Source: Alphaproteobacteria bacterium
Lineage (GTDB): Bacteria > Pseudomonadota > Alphaproteobacteria > MPNO01 > UBA830
Assembly: GCA_038106605.1 (NCBI GenBank)
Contig: JAYOEF010000001.1
Span: 10,559 to 74,558, forward strand
DNA: 64,000 nucleotides
Direction of reading: 5' to 3'
Shown here: piece after piece, positions 23,235-35,930 of the stretch
Layout of the letters: each line of letters starts with the position of its first letter
Numbering within the stretch: position 1 is the first letter of the stretch
Translations under genes and position numbers: made by a program
Notes under the pieces: model-generated
Seen by the model: the letters and a program-made list of their open reading frames with translations, nothing else
Told to the model about the DNA's origin: nothing
The model's database searches: none

Positions 23235-25142
23235 ATGGCCCTCAATATCGAGACCTTCGACAACCGGAGCGGCGGCAACAGCTACTACAAGGCCGTGAGC
23301 CACCCCCTCGCCGCCGAGCGCGCCGCCGAGCTGATGGCGCGCCTCGAGGCCGCGTCCTCGGTCGCGCTCTACGATCCGCTCGGCTACGCGCCGGGCTTCG
23401 CCGCGTTCTATCCGCTGTACGATGTCTCGCTGTGCGGCGTCTACGTCCAGGATATCTCGAAGATCGGCCAGACCGTGCTCGGCCACCGCGCCCTGCCCGT
23501 CACCGACCTCGCGGGATCGGACGCCGAGATCGTCCTCGTCGCCGCGTTCGAGGCGGACCGGCTGATCGCGCACATCAAATACCTGCTGCCCGCGGGCTGC
23601 GAGGCCGTCAGCCTCGATGCGCTCCGCCTGCCGCCCGAGATGCTGTCGAACCCGGCGCGCTATCTCGACCCGATGAACTTCGCCACCAACTTCGCCTTCT
23701 TCCGCGACGACGGGACCGCGCACACCACGCTGGTCACCGCCAACTACTGGGCACGCTACGGCGCGAAGGAGATCAAGCTGTGGGCGCGGCTGTTCGACCA
23801 CGCGGGCGACGTGCTCGCCGAATGGATCGAGCCGGTCGGCAAGGGCTCGGCGACCATCGTGCTCGACAGCGCCGAGATCCGGAGCCGCTTCGGGCTCGGC
23901 GCCTTCACGGGCCAGCTCTTCCTGCACGCGATCGGCGCCACCGGCCATGACGTGGTGAAATACGCGCTCGACACCTGGTACGGCGACAAGTCGCTCTCCT
24001 GCACCCACGACGCCAACGCCTGGCCGTCCGACTGGTACGCAGGCCTGCCCGCGCCCGACACGGACGAGGACGTGGTCCTCTGGATCCAGAATTCGCACCC
24101 GTGCGAGATCCCGGCGGGCTCCATCGGCGTCAACGTCATGGGCAACGGCCGCGCCGAGACCGTGCCCGACGCGGTCGGCCCCTACGCGACGCTCGAGGTG
24201 AGCGTCGGCGACCTGCTGCCCGACGTCGCCTGGCCGGTGCAGCTCGAGGTCTCGGCCGGCAAGCATTTCGTCCGCCCGCGCTATGAGATCGTGACGAAGA
24301 AGGGCGACCGGCGCATCGCGCACATGAACGTCGAGCGCTCGGACCTGAAGCCCGACCCCGGCATCCCGGAGATCGGCAACCTGATGGGCAAGGGCTACAT
24401 CCTGCCCGCGCCGATCCTGCCGGTGGATACCTGGCGGTCGATCGCGCTGCCGACGCCGATGGCCCGCGGCCAGGCCGAGCTCCCGATGGCGATCCTCGCG
24501 ATCGACAGCGAGGGCAACGAGGTCGCGCGCCTCCCGCTCGGCCGCCTGCCGCGGAATCACGACCGCGAGATCGATCTGACGCAACTGTTCGCCTCGGACC
24601 GCGCGCGCGCCCACCAGTACGGCCACGCCGAGCTCGTCTACGACTTCGCAGACGGCGGCGAGGCGGACGGCTGGCTCCACGGCCTCTTCCGCTACGAGAA
24701 CGCGAAGACGGGCAACTTCGCCGATACGAGCTTCGGCGCGCACATCTTCAACACGGTGCTGACCTACCGGAACGAGCCGCAGTCCTACACGACGCGCGCG
24801 CCCGGCCTGTCGACGCGCCTGTTCCTGCGCCTCGGCCCGGCGCCGACCGACACGATCTGCCAGCTGATCTACCCGGCGTCGACGCCGTGGCACGGAAAGT
24901 CGGAGACGACCCTCCACCTCCACGACGGCAACGGCGACGAGGTGGCCGAGACAACCCTCGCCATCCCGTGCGGCGGCAGCCGCCTGTTCCGCTATTCGGA
25001 GATCTTCGACAAGGCGGCGCGGACGAAGGCGGGACCGAAGGCCCACATCATCATCCGCGACACGACCTGCCGCCTGTTCGGCTATCACGGGCTCGTGCAC
25101 CCCGACGGCGACTTCTCGCTCGATCACATGTTCGGGTTCTGA
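23235..25142 (+). CDS. large hypothetical protein (635 aa), third gene of the ELM1/2OG-oxygenase operon
   Basis: Continuous high-GC3 ORF with an 8-bp gap after the oxygenase gene. No known domain recognised. The N-terminal ~140 aa may be Rossmann-like. Confidence 0.6.
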   Translation: MALNIETFDNRSGGNSYYKAVSHPLAAERAAELMARLEAASSVALYDPLGYAPGFAAFYPLYDVSLCGVYVQDISKIGQTVLGHRALPVTDLAGSDAEIVLVAAFEADRLIAHIKYLLPAGCEAVSLDALRLPPEMLSNPARYLDPMNFATNFAFFRDDGTAHTTLVTANYWARYGAKEIKLWARLFDHAGDVLAEWIEPVGKGSATIVLDSAEIRSRFGLGAFTGQLFLHAIGATGHDVVKYALDTWYGDKSLSCTHDANAWPSDWYAGLPAPDTDEDVVLWIQNSHPCEIPAGSIGVNVMGNGRAETVPDAVGPYATLEVSVGDLLPDVAWPVQLEVSAGKHFVRPRYEIVTKKGDRRIAHMNVERSDLKPDPGIPEIGNLMGKGYILPAPILPVDTWRSIALPTPMARGQAELPMAILAIDSEGNEVARLPLGRLPRNHDREIDLTQLFASDRARAHQYGHAELVYDFADGGEADGWLHGLFRYENAKTGNFADTSFGAHIFNTVLTYRNEPQSYTTRAPGLSTRLFLRLGPAPTDTICQLIYPASTPWHGKSETTLHLHDGNGDEVAETTLAIPCGGSRLFRYSEIFDKAARTKAGPKAHIIIRDTTCRLFGYHGLVHPDGDFSLDHMFGF

Positions 25143-25190
25143 GGCTTAGAGCTTCGCCCAAAGAAAAACGGCGGCCCGTAAGGCCGCCGT
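24985..25190. repeat. left copy of a ~200-bp direct repeat (3' end of the 635-aa gene plus its terminator)
   Basis: About 90% identical to 26222-26430. Confidence 0.85.
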
Positions 25191-25271
25191 TTCGCTTTTG
25201 CGGCCGGCAAGACCGCGGCGTCCGGAACGCCTGTTTGTGCGTATCCATGCAAGTAAGCAGGAGCAAGAAAC

Positions 25272-26024
25272 ATGGACAGCACGAGGGCAGCCGCCCCGGA
25301 GACGGGTGCGGAGACGCACTGGACCCGGCCTCAGACGGGCCGCCCAGTCGCGGCAGTTTTCGGCGCGTCCGGCGGCATCGGCGCGGCGGTCTCTCGCGTT
25401 CTCCGTGCCGACCCCCGTTTCGGCGGTGTCCTCGCCTTTTCGCGTACCGGCCCCTCTCCCATCGACCTCGCAGACGAGGCCTCGGTGGCGCGCGCCGCGG
25501 CGGAGGCGACATCCCTGGGTCCCCTCCGTCTCTGCGTGGTCGCCACCGGCTTCCTGCACGGCGCCGGACATTTGCCGGAACGAAGCATCCGCGAGACCGA
25601 CCCCGCGCACTTCGCCCATGCCTTTGCCGTGAACGCGACCGGTCCCGCCCTCGTACTGAAGCATGTCCTGCCCCGCCTGCCGCGCAGCGGCCGAGCTACC
25701 GTCGCCGTCCTGTCCGCCCGCCTCGGCTCGATCTCGGACAACCGGCTCGGCGGCTGGTTCGCCTACCGCGCGTCCAAGGCCGCACTGAACCAGATCGTAC
25801 GCACCGCCGCCGTGGAGCTCGCGCGGACCTGTCCCGATGCGGCCTGCGTCGCGCTGCACCCCGGCACGGTCGCCACGCCGCTCTCGGCGCCCTTCGCCAA
25901 GTCCGGGCTGGAGGAACAGGCGCCCGAAGCGGCCGCGGCGCGGCTGCTGTCCGTCATCGACCGACTGACGCCCGCGGACAGCGGCAGCTTCCTCGACGCA
26001 AGCGGCCGTCCGATCCCATGGTAA
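25272..26024 (+). CDS. SDR-family oxidoreductase (C-factor/CsgA-like)
   Basis: [10 protein letters not shown] glycine motif and a YRASK catalytic motif. Confidence 0.8.
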   Translation: MDSTRAAAPETGAETHWTRPQTGRPVAAVFGASGGIGAAVSRVLRADPRFGGVLAFSRTGPSPIDLADEASVARAAAEATSLGPLRLCVVATGFLHGAGHLPERSIRETDPAHFAHAFAVNATGPALVLKHVLPRLPRSGRATVAVLSARLGSISDNRLGGWFAYRASKAALNQIVRTAAVELARTCPDAACVALHPGTVATPLSAPFAKSGLEEQAPEAAAARLLSVIDRLTPADSGSFLDASGRPIPW

Positions 26025-26182
26025 AGCCGCGGGCGAGGCATCGCGGAATGCGCGGACCGCGGCGGACCGAACTGCCGTCGCGGGTCTGCGCAACCTGCGG
26101 CCGGGCGTTCGCGTGGCGGCGCAAGTGGGCGCGAGACTGGGAAAACGTGAAGTACTGCTCGAAACGCTGCCGCAGCGGCTGA
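26018..26182 (+). CDS. DUF2256 zinc-ribbon small protein
   Basis: [29 protein letters not shown] matches the DUF2256 signature (CxxCGRPFxWRKKW…VKYCSxRC). It overlaps the SDR stop by 7 nt and sits in the 3' part of spurious track ORF 24887..26182. Confidence 0.6.
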   Translation: MVKPRARHRGMRGPRRTELPSRVCATCGRAFAWRRKWARDWENVKYCSKRCRSG

Positions 26183-26221
26183 CGGGAACTACATCTCCGC
26201 GCCGGAGGGAGAAGCGCCGCT

Positions 26222-26430
26222 TCCCGCCGTTCCACTATTCCGAGATCTTCGATGCGGCGGCGCGGACGAAGGCGGGACCGAGGGCCCACATCATCATCCG
26301 CGATAGGACCTGCCGCCTGTTCGGCTATCACGGGCTCGTGCACCCCGACGGCGACTTCTCGCCCGATCACATGTTCGAGTTCTGAAAGCGCGGACGCCTC
26401 TCCCAAAAGAAAACGGCGGCCTCCCGATTT
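26222..26430. repeat. right copy of the ~200-bp direct repeat; contains the orphan 3' gene fragment 26113..26385
   Basis: Encodes …[51 protein letters not shown], almost identical to the C-terminus of the 635-aa protein. Confidence 0.85.
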
Positions 26431-26489
26431 CGAGGGGGACCACCGTTTCGCGTTTCCAGCCTCGCAGCCGGTATGTCCGACCGACCGCC

Positions 26490-28856
<2,367 letters not shown>

Positions 28857-28924
28857 TTATATGGGTTCTAAACTACGCGGTTTCAACCGTACGCCGAAAA
28901 GAGCGTGCCGGAAGCGGGCGCAAA

Positions 28925-28960
28925 AGGAAACGGCGGCCCCGCCGGGCCGCCGCTCGATCG
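28925..28960 (-). terminator. rho-independent terminator after the PEP-CTERM gene
   Basis: Minus strand reads ggcggcccggcggggccgccgtttcctttt. Confidence 0.6.
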
Positions 28961-28981
28961 TCCGGTCGGGTGCGGTGGGTC

Positions 28982-30169
28982 TCAGGCGGTGCGTCGGCGG
29001 CGGAGGACGCCAACGGCTACGAAGGCCAGCGCGAACAGCGCGAGAACCGGCGGCTCCGTCACCTCGGAAACCGCATCCTGGCGCAGGTTGACGACGAACG
29101 CCTCAGTGTTCCCGAAGGGATTGATGCCGTAGCCCGCGATCACCAGCCCGTCGTCCGAGATGCCGCGCGCGTCGTTCAGCGTCCAGCCGGTGAGATCGAG
29201 GCCGTAGTCGCCCGTCAGCACATCGGAGAGGAGCCGCATGCCGTTGACCGCGTCCCAGAGGAACGCCTCGTTGCCGGCGGCCGTGGTGCCGCGGCCGACC
29301 GCGACGGAGCCGTCGCCCGATGCCGCGAAGGCGATGCTGGCGAACCCGCCGCCGCCGAGGTCGCCGAGCCCGATCATGCCGCCCGACTGCGTCCAGATGA
29401 ACGACTCCTGGCCGTTCGCCGAGTTCGCTTCGCCGACGATCACGGCGCCGTCGGTCGAGATGCCGTAGGCGCGGCTCTGGAAAATGCCTCCGGCGAGATC
29501 GCCGAGACCGACCATGCCGCCTGCCTGCGTCCAGCGGAACGCCTCGAAGCCGCTCGCGTTCCGGCCGAAGCCGGCGACCACCGAACCGTCGCCGGAGACC
29601 GCCTGCGCCCGGCTGGTGAACGCGCCGCCGGCGAGGTCGCCGATGCCGACCATCCCGCCCGACTGCGTCCAGACGAACGCCTCGGCGCCGTTTGACGACG
29701 TGCTCTGCCCGACGACCGTCGAGCCGTCGGCGGAGACCGAAAAGGCGGAGCTGGTGAAGGATCCGCCCGCGAGGTCGCCAAGCCCGACCATGCCGCCCGA
29801 CTGCGTCCAGGCCACCGCCTCGTTGCCGTTCGACGTGAGCGCCTGGCCGACGGTGACCGACCCGTCGCCCGACGTCGAATGCGCCTCGCTGTTGGTGCCG
29901 CCGAGGCCGACCATGCCGCCCGACTGCGTCCAGCGGAACGCCTGGATGCCGGATGCGGTATTGCCGCGGCCGACGACGACGAGACCGTCGCCCGAAACGG
30001 GGTTGTCGAAATTCGGCGTGATGCTGAGGAAGGGCCCGCCCGGCAGGTCGCCGAGCCCGGTGAAGAACGGCGCCGCCTGAACGCCAGCGGGGACCGCCCC
30101 CGTGAGCGCGGCGGCGACCAATGCCGTGTGTGCGAAGCTCTTCCGTCTACCGAATCCGAACCGGTTCAT
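28982..30169 (-). CDS. PEP-CTERM-anchored extracellular repeat protein (HAF-like ~39-aa repeats x7)
   Basis: Signal peptide, seven repeats of (E/Q)AF(R/V)WTQSGGMVGLGDLAGG…, and a C-terminal VTEPPVLALFALAFVAVGVLRRRRTA that matches the PEP-CTERM motif (PEP + TM + Arg cluster). Confidence 0.7.
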   Translation of the reverse strand: MNRFGFGRRKSFAHTALVAAALTGAVPAGVQAAPFFTGLGDLPGGPFLSITPNFDNPVSGDGLVVVGRGNTASGIQAFRWTQSGGMVGLGGTNSEAHSTSGDGSVTVGQALTSNGNEAVAWTQSGGMVGLGDLAGGSFTSSAFSVSADGSTVVGQSTSSNGAEAFVWTQSGGMVGIGDLAGGAFTSRAQAVSGDGSVVAGFGRNASGFEAFRWTQAGGMVGLGDLAGGIFQSRAYGISTDGAVIVGEANSANGQESFIWTQSGGMIGLGDLGGGGFASIAFAASGDGSVAVGRGTTAAGNEAFLWDAVNGMRLLSDVLTGDYGLDLTGWTLNDARGISDDGLVIAGYGINPFGNTEAFVVNLRQDAVSEVTEPPVLALFALAFVAVGVLRRRRTA

Positions 30170-30344
30170 TCCGTTTTCCATTCTCTGAGGCGCCCAACGG
30201 AGGTCTCCGCCGGGCGCCGATCGCCCCGATGACCGAACCGGACGGTGCCCGGCTCTTAGCGTCATCTGGATAGGCGGGACGCCGCGGCCGATCAAGCGGA
30301 TGTTGGAATATGGTTAACGCGCGGCGAAGGGACGCGCGGGACCT

Positions 30345-30425
30345 GGGCGCCCCCCTAAGCAGCCCCTGTCAGGCGGCCCTCTCTCAAGCCGCCCCTCTCA
30401 GGCCGCCCCTGTCAGGCTGCCCCTC

Positions 30426-30430
<5 letters not shown>
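30345..30430. repeat. tandem repeat, ~14 bp x 5 (CCGCCCCTCTCAGG-like) at the 3' end of ychJ
   Basis: cccctgtcaggcggc / cctctctcaagccgc / ccctctcaggccgc / ccctgtcaggctgc / ccctctcaggctgc. Confidence 0.8.
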
Positions 30431-30992
<562 letters not shown>

Positions 30993-31044
30993 GGCCGGAG
31001 AATAGGCCGGGAGCGGATTCTGAGCCAGCCCGGAACAGGCGAAT

Positions 31045-31455
31045 TCAGTACGGGCACTTTCGCCCGGGCTCGCACGACCAGTCCTGCGCCATATCGAGAA
31101 TGGACCGGATGCTATAGCGCTCGTCCCGTTCGGCGGCGACCTGGCATACCACCGGGGTGGCGGGGATCGTCCGGCCCTTGAGACGGGTGCTGACGAGGAC
31201 GGCGGCGTTTCGGACGCCCGTGCCCGGCAGATAGGGGCAGAGCACGCCGCGCACGATCGCCGCGAAGACGCCGTCGGGCAGGACCGGCGCCCGCGTGACG
31301 ACGACCAGCGTGTCGCCCTCCGTCTCCACCGTGCCGATCTCGAAACCGGCGGCGAGGGAGCGGATCGCGGACATGGCGTCGGCGGCCGCGGCGGGACCGG
31401 CTCCCCAAAAGGCGAGCGCGAGAAGCGGGAGTGCGGCGCGGAACAGGCGGCTCAT
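31045..31455 (-). CDS. secreted hypothetical protein (136 aa)
   Basis: RBS aaggaaag, signal peptide [27 protein letters not shown], 3 Cys. Confidence 0.5.
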   Translation of the reverse strand: MSRLFRAALPLLALAFWGAGPAAAADAMSAIRSLAAGFEIGTVETEGDTLVVVTRAPVLPDGVFAAIVRGVLCPYLPGTGVRNAAVLVSTRLKGRTIPATPVVCQVAAERDERYSIRSILDMAQDWSCEPGRKCPY

Positions 31456-31725
31456 GGGGCGCTTTCCTTTTGCGTTCGGCACGGCGGAACGGCGGAGTGT
31501 GCGGATCGCCGGTCAACGAATCATGACCGCGGCGGCGTTTCAAGCGATGCGCCGCCGTTGCCTGCGCCGGCAATCGCACTATATTCGGACCGAATTGAGC
31601 CATGCATATATTGCATTTCGGCCCAAACTGTCCTAAAAATGGGACGTTTTGATATAAACGGGACACTTTGAGCGCTCCGGGCCCCACCGCCCGCCGCGCT
31701 CTTCATGTCCCCGGGAAAGACGAAG

Positions 31726-32694
31726 ATGGCTGAAACCCACCGCGTGAAGGTGCTCATCATCGGGTCCGGCCCGGCCGGATATACCGCGGCGATCTACGCC
31801 GCGCGCGCCTCGCTCGAGCCGATGCTCGTCACCGGCATGGAGCCGGGCGGCCAGCTCAGCATCACCACCGACGTCGAGAACTATCCGGGCTTCGCCGACG
31901 TGATCCAGGGCCCCTGGCTGATGGAGCAGATGCGCGCCCAGGCCGAGCATGTCGGCACGAAGATGATCAACGACCTGATCGTCGACGTCGACTTCACAAA
32001 GCGGCCGTTCCGATGCACCGGCGATTCCGGCGACGCCTACGTCGCCGACGCGGTGATCGTGGCGACCGGCGCGCAGGCGCGCTGGCTCGGCCTCGACAGC
32101 GAGAAGAAGTACCAGGGCTTCGGCGTCTCGGCCTGTGCGACCTGCGACGGCTTCTTCTTCCGCGGCAAGAAAGTCGCCGTCGTCGGCGGCGGCAACACCG
32201 CCGTCGAGGAGGCGCTGTACCTGACCAACCACGCCACCAAGGTGACGCTGATCCACCGCCGCGACACGCTGCGCTCGGAAAAGATCCTGCAGCAGCGGCT
32301 GTTCGCCAACCCCAAGATCGAGACCGTGTGGGACAGTGAGATCGCCGAGGTGCTGGGCGAGGGCAACCCGCCCGGCGTGACCGGCGTGAAGCTCCGCAAC
32401 GTCAAGACCGGCGCGGAATCGACCCTCAAGGTGGACGGGCTGTTCATCGCCATCGGCCACAGCCCGGCGACGGCGCTGTTCAAGGGCAAGCTCGACATGG
32501 ACGCGGGCGGCTACCTCGTCACCGCTTCCGACTCGACGCGGACCAGCGTCGACGGCGTGTTCGCCGCCGGCGACGTGCAGGACCACACCTATCGGCAGGC
32601 GGTCACCGCCGCGGGCACCGGCTGCATGGCCGCGCTCGAAGCCGAGAAATACATCGCCGCGCTCGAAGCCGCGGCGCCCGCAGCGGCCGAATAG
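31726..32694 (+). CDS. trxB: thioredoxin-disulfide reductase
   Basis: GSGPAG FAD motif, redox-active CATC, GGGNTA NADPH motif. Confidence 0.9.
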   Translation: MAETHRVKVLIIGSGPAGYTAAIYAARASLEPMLVTGMEPGGQLSITTDVENYPGFADVIQGPWLMEQMRAQAEHVGTKMINDLIVDVDFTKRPFRCTGDSGDAYVADAVIVATGAQARWLGLDSEKKYQGFGVSACATCDGFFFRGKKVAVVGGGNTAVEEALYLTNHATKVTLIHRRDTLRSEKILQQRLFANPKIETVWDSEIAEVLGEGNPPGVTGVKLRNVKTGAESTLKVDGLFIAIGHSPATALFKGKLDMDAGGYLVTASDSTRTSVDGVFAAGDVQDHTYRQAVTAAGTGCMAALEAEKYIAALEAAAPAAAE

Positions 32695-32740
32695 GGCCGC
32701 ATCGAAAGGATCTGTTCTGGAACGGTACGGAATTTCGGGA

Positions 32741-33631
32741 ATGGACTGGGACAAACTGCGCGTATTCCATGCGGTCGCCGAGGCCGGGAGCTTCACCCAT
32801 GCGGGCGAGATCCTGAACCTCTCGCAGTCGTCGGTGAGCAGGCAGGTGAGCGCGCTGGAGCAGAGCCTCAACGTGCCGCTGTTCCACCGACACGCTCGCG
32901 GCCTCAAGCTCACAGAATCCGGCGAGACGCTGTTCGCCGCGGCGAAGGAGGTCTACGCCAAGGTCGCCATCGCCGAGGCCCTCGTCTCCGAGGCGCGTGA
33001 CCGGCCGCAGGGGCCCTTGCGCATCACGACCGCCGTCGCGTTCGGCTCGATCTGGCTGACCGAGCGGCTCCGCGAGTTCATCGAGCGCTATCCCGACATT
33101 CAGGTGACGCTGATCGTCGCCGAGGACGAGCTCGACCTCTCCATGGGCGAGGCCGACGTCGCCATCCGCATGACGCCGCCGACCCAGGCCGACCTCGTGC
33201 GCCGACCGCTGCTCACCATGCACCACCGCGTGTTCGCGTCGCCCAACTACCTCAAGGACAACGGCCAACCGGCGAAGCTCGCCGACCTCGACCGCCACCG
33301 CATCATCGCCTACGACGATTCGTTCCATCAGCCCTTCACCGACATCAACTGGCTGCTGCATGCCGGAAAGCCCGAGGGCGAGCGGCGCGAGCCGGTGCTC
33401 AGGGTGAACAACATCTACGCCATGCTCCGCGCCGCCGCGAGCGGCCTCGGCATCGCGTCGCTGCCCGACTACATGGGCCAGCTCGCCCACGACCTCGTAC
33501 CGATCCTGCCCGAGCTCGAGGGGCCGAAGTTCGACATATACCTCGTCTACCCGGAAGAGTTGCGCCATTCGCAAAGGATCGTCGTATTTCGCGATTTCCT
33601 GGTGCGCTCGATCAGCAGCAGGGCAAAATAA
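32741..33631 (+). CDS. LysR-family transcriptional regulator
   Basis: N-terminal HTH (FHAVAEAGSFTHAGEILNLSQSSVSRQVSALE) plus a LysR substrate-binding domain. Confidence 0.9.
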   Translation: MDWDKLRVFHAVAEAGSFTHAGEILNLSQSSVSRQVSALEQSLNVPLFHRHARGLKLTESGETLFAAAKEVYAKVAIAEALVSEARDRPQGPLRITTAVAFGSIWLTERLREFIERYPDIQVTLIVAEDELDLSMGEADVAIRMTPPTQADLVRRPLLTMHHRVFASPNYLKDNGQPAKLADLDRHRIIAYDDSFHQPFTDINWLLHAGKPEGERREPVLRVNNIYAMLRAAASGLGIASLPDYMGQLAHDLVPILPELEGPKFDIYLVYPEELRHSQRIVVFRDFLVRSISSRAK

Positions 33632-33955
33632 TCCTTACATCACAATGGTTTAAATCTATGCGCAATTCGCATAGCAGATTTTCCATATGTAAGGTTTCAA
33701 TTCGTTAAGACCGCTCCTATCTACGAATGAGCGGCGGCGGGCCCTACGGGTGCGCCGCGCCCCGGACGCCTTGTCCGGGAGGGTCTTCGGATCCTACGTC
33801 TCCCAGACGTGAAGCCTCCCTGTTGACTGCCCGGAGATCCACGGATTTCCGGGCTTCTTTTTTGGCGGATTTCCGCGGCGCGTGCCCGCAACTGTCCCAA
33901 CTGAGGTGGCAGCCACCGTACGCCCGCGCATGGCCGGCGCTCAACCCCGGCGTGC

Positions 33956-34714
33956 TTACGCCCGGCGGATGCGGAACAGCGTGCCCTGGTGGGTGTTGAG
34001 GAAGCCGATGGTGAAGCCGGTGAAGGTCTCGATGCCGCCCGGCGCGGCGGCGGCGCGGAGCGTCGCCTCGGCCGAGCGCACGTTGAAGCCGTCCTCGGGC
34101 TGGCCCATGTCCTTGTCCGAATTGTCGAGATAGACCTAGCCGCCGTCCTTCATCTTTGGCAGGACCGCCGCGGCGCAGCGGCCGCGCGCGTAGCCGTCGA
34201 TCACGCAGAAATCGACCGAGCCGTCGGGCACCGCCGAGAGATCGGCATAGCTCTCCGGCGGGCGCAGCTCGTGGACGACGTTGCCAAGCCCGGCACGGGC
34301 GAGGCTCGTCTTCACCCGCGCCGCCCAGTCGGCGTTCTCCTCGATCGACAGCAGCCGTCCGACGCGCGCTCCGAGCCACAGCGTCGACTGGCCCGAGCCG
34401 AACTCGACCGCGTTCGTGCCGGGGCCGAGGAGCTGGGCGATGCGCTTCTTGATGCGGAAGGTCCACCACGGCTCGGCATGGAGGTGGCCGAACAGCACGC
34501 GGCCAAGGAAGCGCTCGAGCACCAGCGGCAGGTAGAGCCATTCGCCGGGGTGGGCGAGATTGCCCTTCTCGTCGTGCAGCCGCGTCCGCCGGTGCGGATC
34601 ACCGGCGATGATTTTTCGGACGAAGCGCCGGAATGGGGAGAGAGGGCGGGCGGATGAAGGGGTAGCAGCGGCCATCGGGGCGGCGTCCGTTCGGTCGGCG
34701 GGCGGGAGCGGCAT
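33956..34714 (-). pseudogene. class I SAM-dependent (O-)methyltransferase interrupted by an in-frame TAG
   Basis: Rossmann GxG motif AVEFGSGQSTLWLG. The reading frame is …VLPKMKDGG*VYLDNSDKDMGQ… with the amber codon at 34136-34138. The downstream 60 codons continue the MTase fold (GGxVxxDN). Confidence 0.6.
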
Positions 34715-34777
34715 CGTGCCTCATGACCGGACGATGGACAAGGCGCGGGGCGCGGTGAGCGCGCCCCGCGCCCGCCG

Positions 34778-35752
34778 TCACATGAAGAGCTTCTCGCCCT
34801 TGATGTCCTTGTAGAGATGGGCGACCTGCTCGGCGTAGCCGTTGTAGAGGAGCGTCGGCACGCGCTCGCCGGTGCCGAGGAGCTTCTCGCTCGCCTGGCT
34901 CCAGCGCGGGTGGTCGACCTCCGGGTTCACGTTGGCCCAGAAGCCGTACTCGGCGGCCTGAATCTCCTCCCAGAAGCTCTTCGGGCGCTTGTCGGTGAAG
35001 GTGAAGCTGACGATCGACTTGACCTGCTTGAAGCCGTATTTCCACGGCGCGATGAGGCGGAGCGGCGCGCCGTTCTGTTTCGCCATGGGTTTCCCATAGG
35101 CGCCGGTGCCGATCAGCGTGAGCTCGTTGGTCGCCTCCTCGATGGTGATCCCCTCGACATAGGGCCACGGGTACCAGACCTGGCGCTGGCCGGGGGCCAT
35201 CTCCTTGTCGTGGAACGTCTTCATCACGACGTACTTGGCGCCTGAGGTCGGCTTCGCATAGTCGACCAGCGCCTTCATCGGGAAGCCGGTCCATGGCACG
35301 GCGATCGACCACGCCTCGACGCAGCGGTGGCGGTAGAGCCGCTCCTCGAGCGGCATCGCCTTCAGCAGCGTGTCGATGTCGACGGTCATCGTCTTCTCGA
35401 CCATGCCGTCGATGGTGACGGTCCACGGCCGGATCCTGAGCTTCTGCGCCGCCTGCCAGATCTGCTTGTGCGAGCCGAACTCGTAGAAATTGTTGTAGGT
35501 GGTGACGAGCTTCTCGTCGGTCACCGCGCGGTCGAGCTTGTAGAGGTCGTTTCGCTTCGCAGGATAGAGCCCGGCCGAGGGATCGGCTTCTGCCGCGTGC
35601 GCCTTGCCCGCGAGCCCGGCGAGCGGCGCGCCGGCGGCGAGGATGGTGCCGGCGGCGATCATGCGCCCGAGCTCGCGCCGGTTGAGGAACGCGGCTTCCG
35701 GCGTCGCCGCCGATTCGGGCAGCATCCAGTTCGGTTTCGATCGCGTGAGCAT
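34778..35752 (-). CDS. msrP: protein-methionine-sulfoxide reductase catalytic subunit MsrP (molybdopterin, Tat-exported)
   Basis: Tat motif NRRELGRMIAAG plus a sulfite-oxidase-family Moco domain (…RHRCVEAWSIAVPWTGF…). No msrQ downstream. Confidence 0.85.
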   Translation of the reverse strand: MLTRSKPNWMLPESAATPEAAFLNRRELGRMIAAGTILAAGAPLAGLAGKAHAAEADPSAGLYPAKRNDLYKLDRAVTDEKLVTTYNNFYEFGSHKQIWQAAQKLRIRPWTVTIDGMVEKTMTVDIDTLLKAMPLEERLYRHRCVEAWSIAVPWTGFPMKALVDYAKPTSGAKYVVMKTFHDKEMAPGQRQVWYPWPYVEGITIEEATNELTLIGTGAYGKPMAKQNGAPLRLIAPWKYGFKQVKSIVSFTFTDKRPKSFWEEIQAAEYGFWANVNPEVDHPRWSQASEKLLGTGERVPTLLYNGYAEQVAHLYKDIKGEKLFM

Positions 35753-35930
35753 CGCGGCGCCTCCCCTGTTCGGTCCCACCAAGATAACGGCGGGCTGCGC
35801 CGGACCTAATCAAAAAAACGTCAGCGGAGGGTGAACGCGCACCGCGCCGGCCCGGATGCGGAAGAAATTCCGCGCAAAAAGAAGGGGCGCCCGCGGGCGC
35901 CCCTTCGCGTGTCGTTCCGGTCGCCTCGCG

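Noticed and set aside
23208-25127. 639-aa minus-strand ORF opposite the 635-aa orphan gene
   Set aside because: The plus-strand ORF is tightly coupled to the upstream operon with correct spacing. The minus-strand translation is Arg/Ala-rich noise.
24887-26017. 431-aa ORF 24887..26182
   Set aside because: Out-of-frame overlap of the 635-aa gene and the SDR gene. Only the last 54 codons (DUF2256) are credible.
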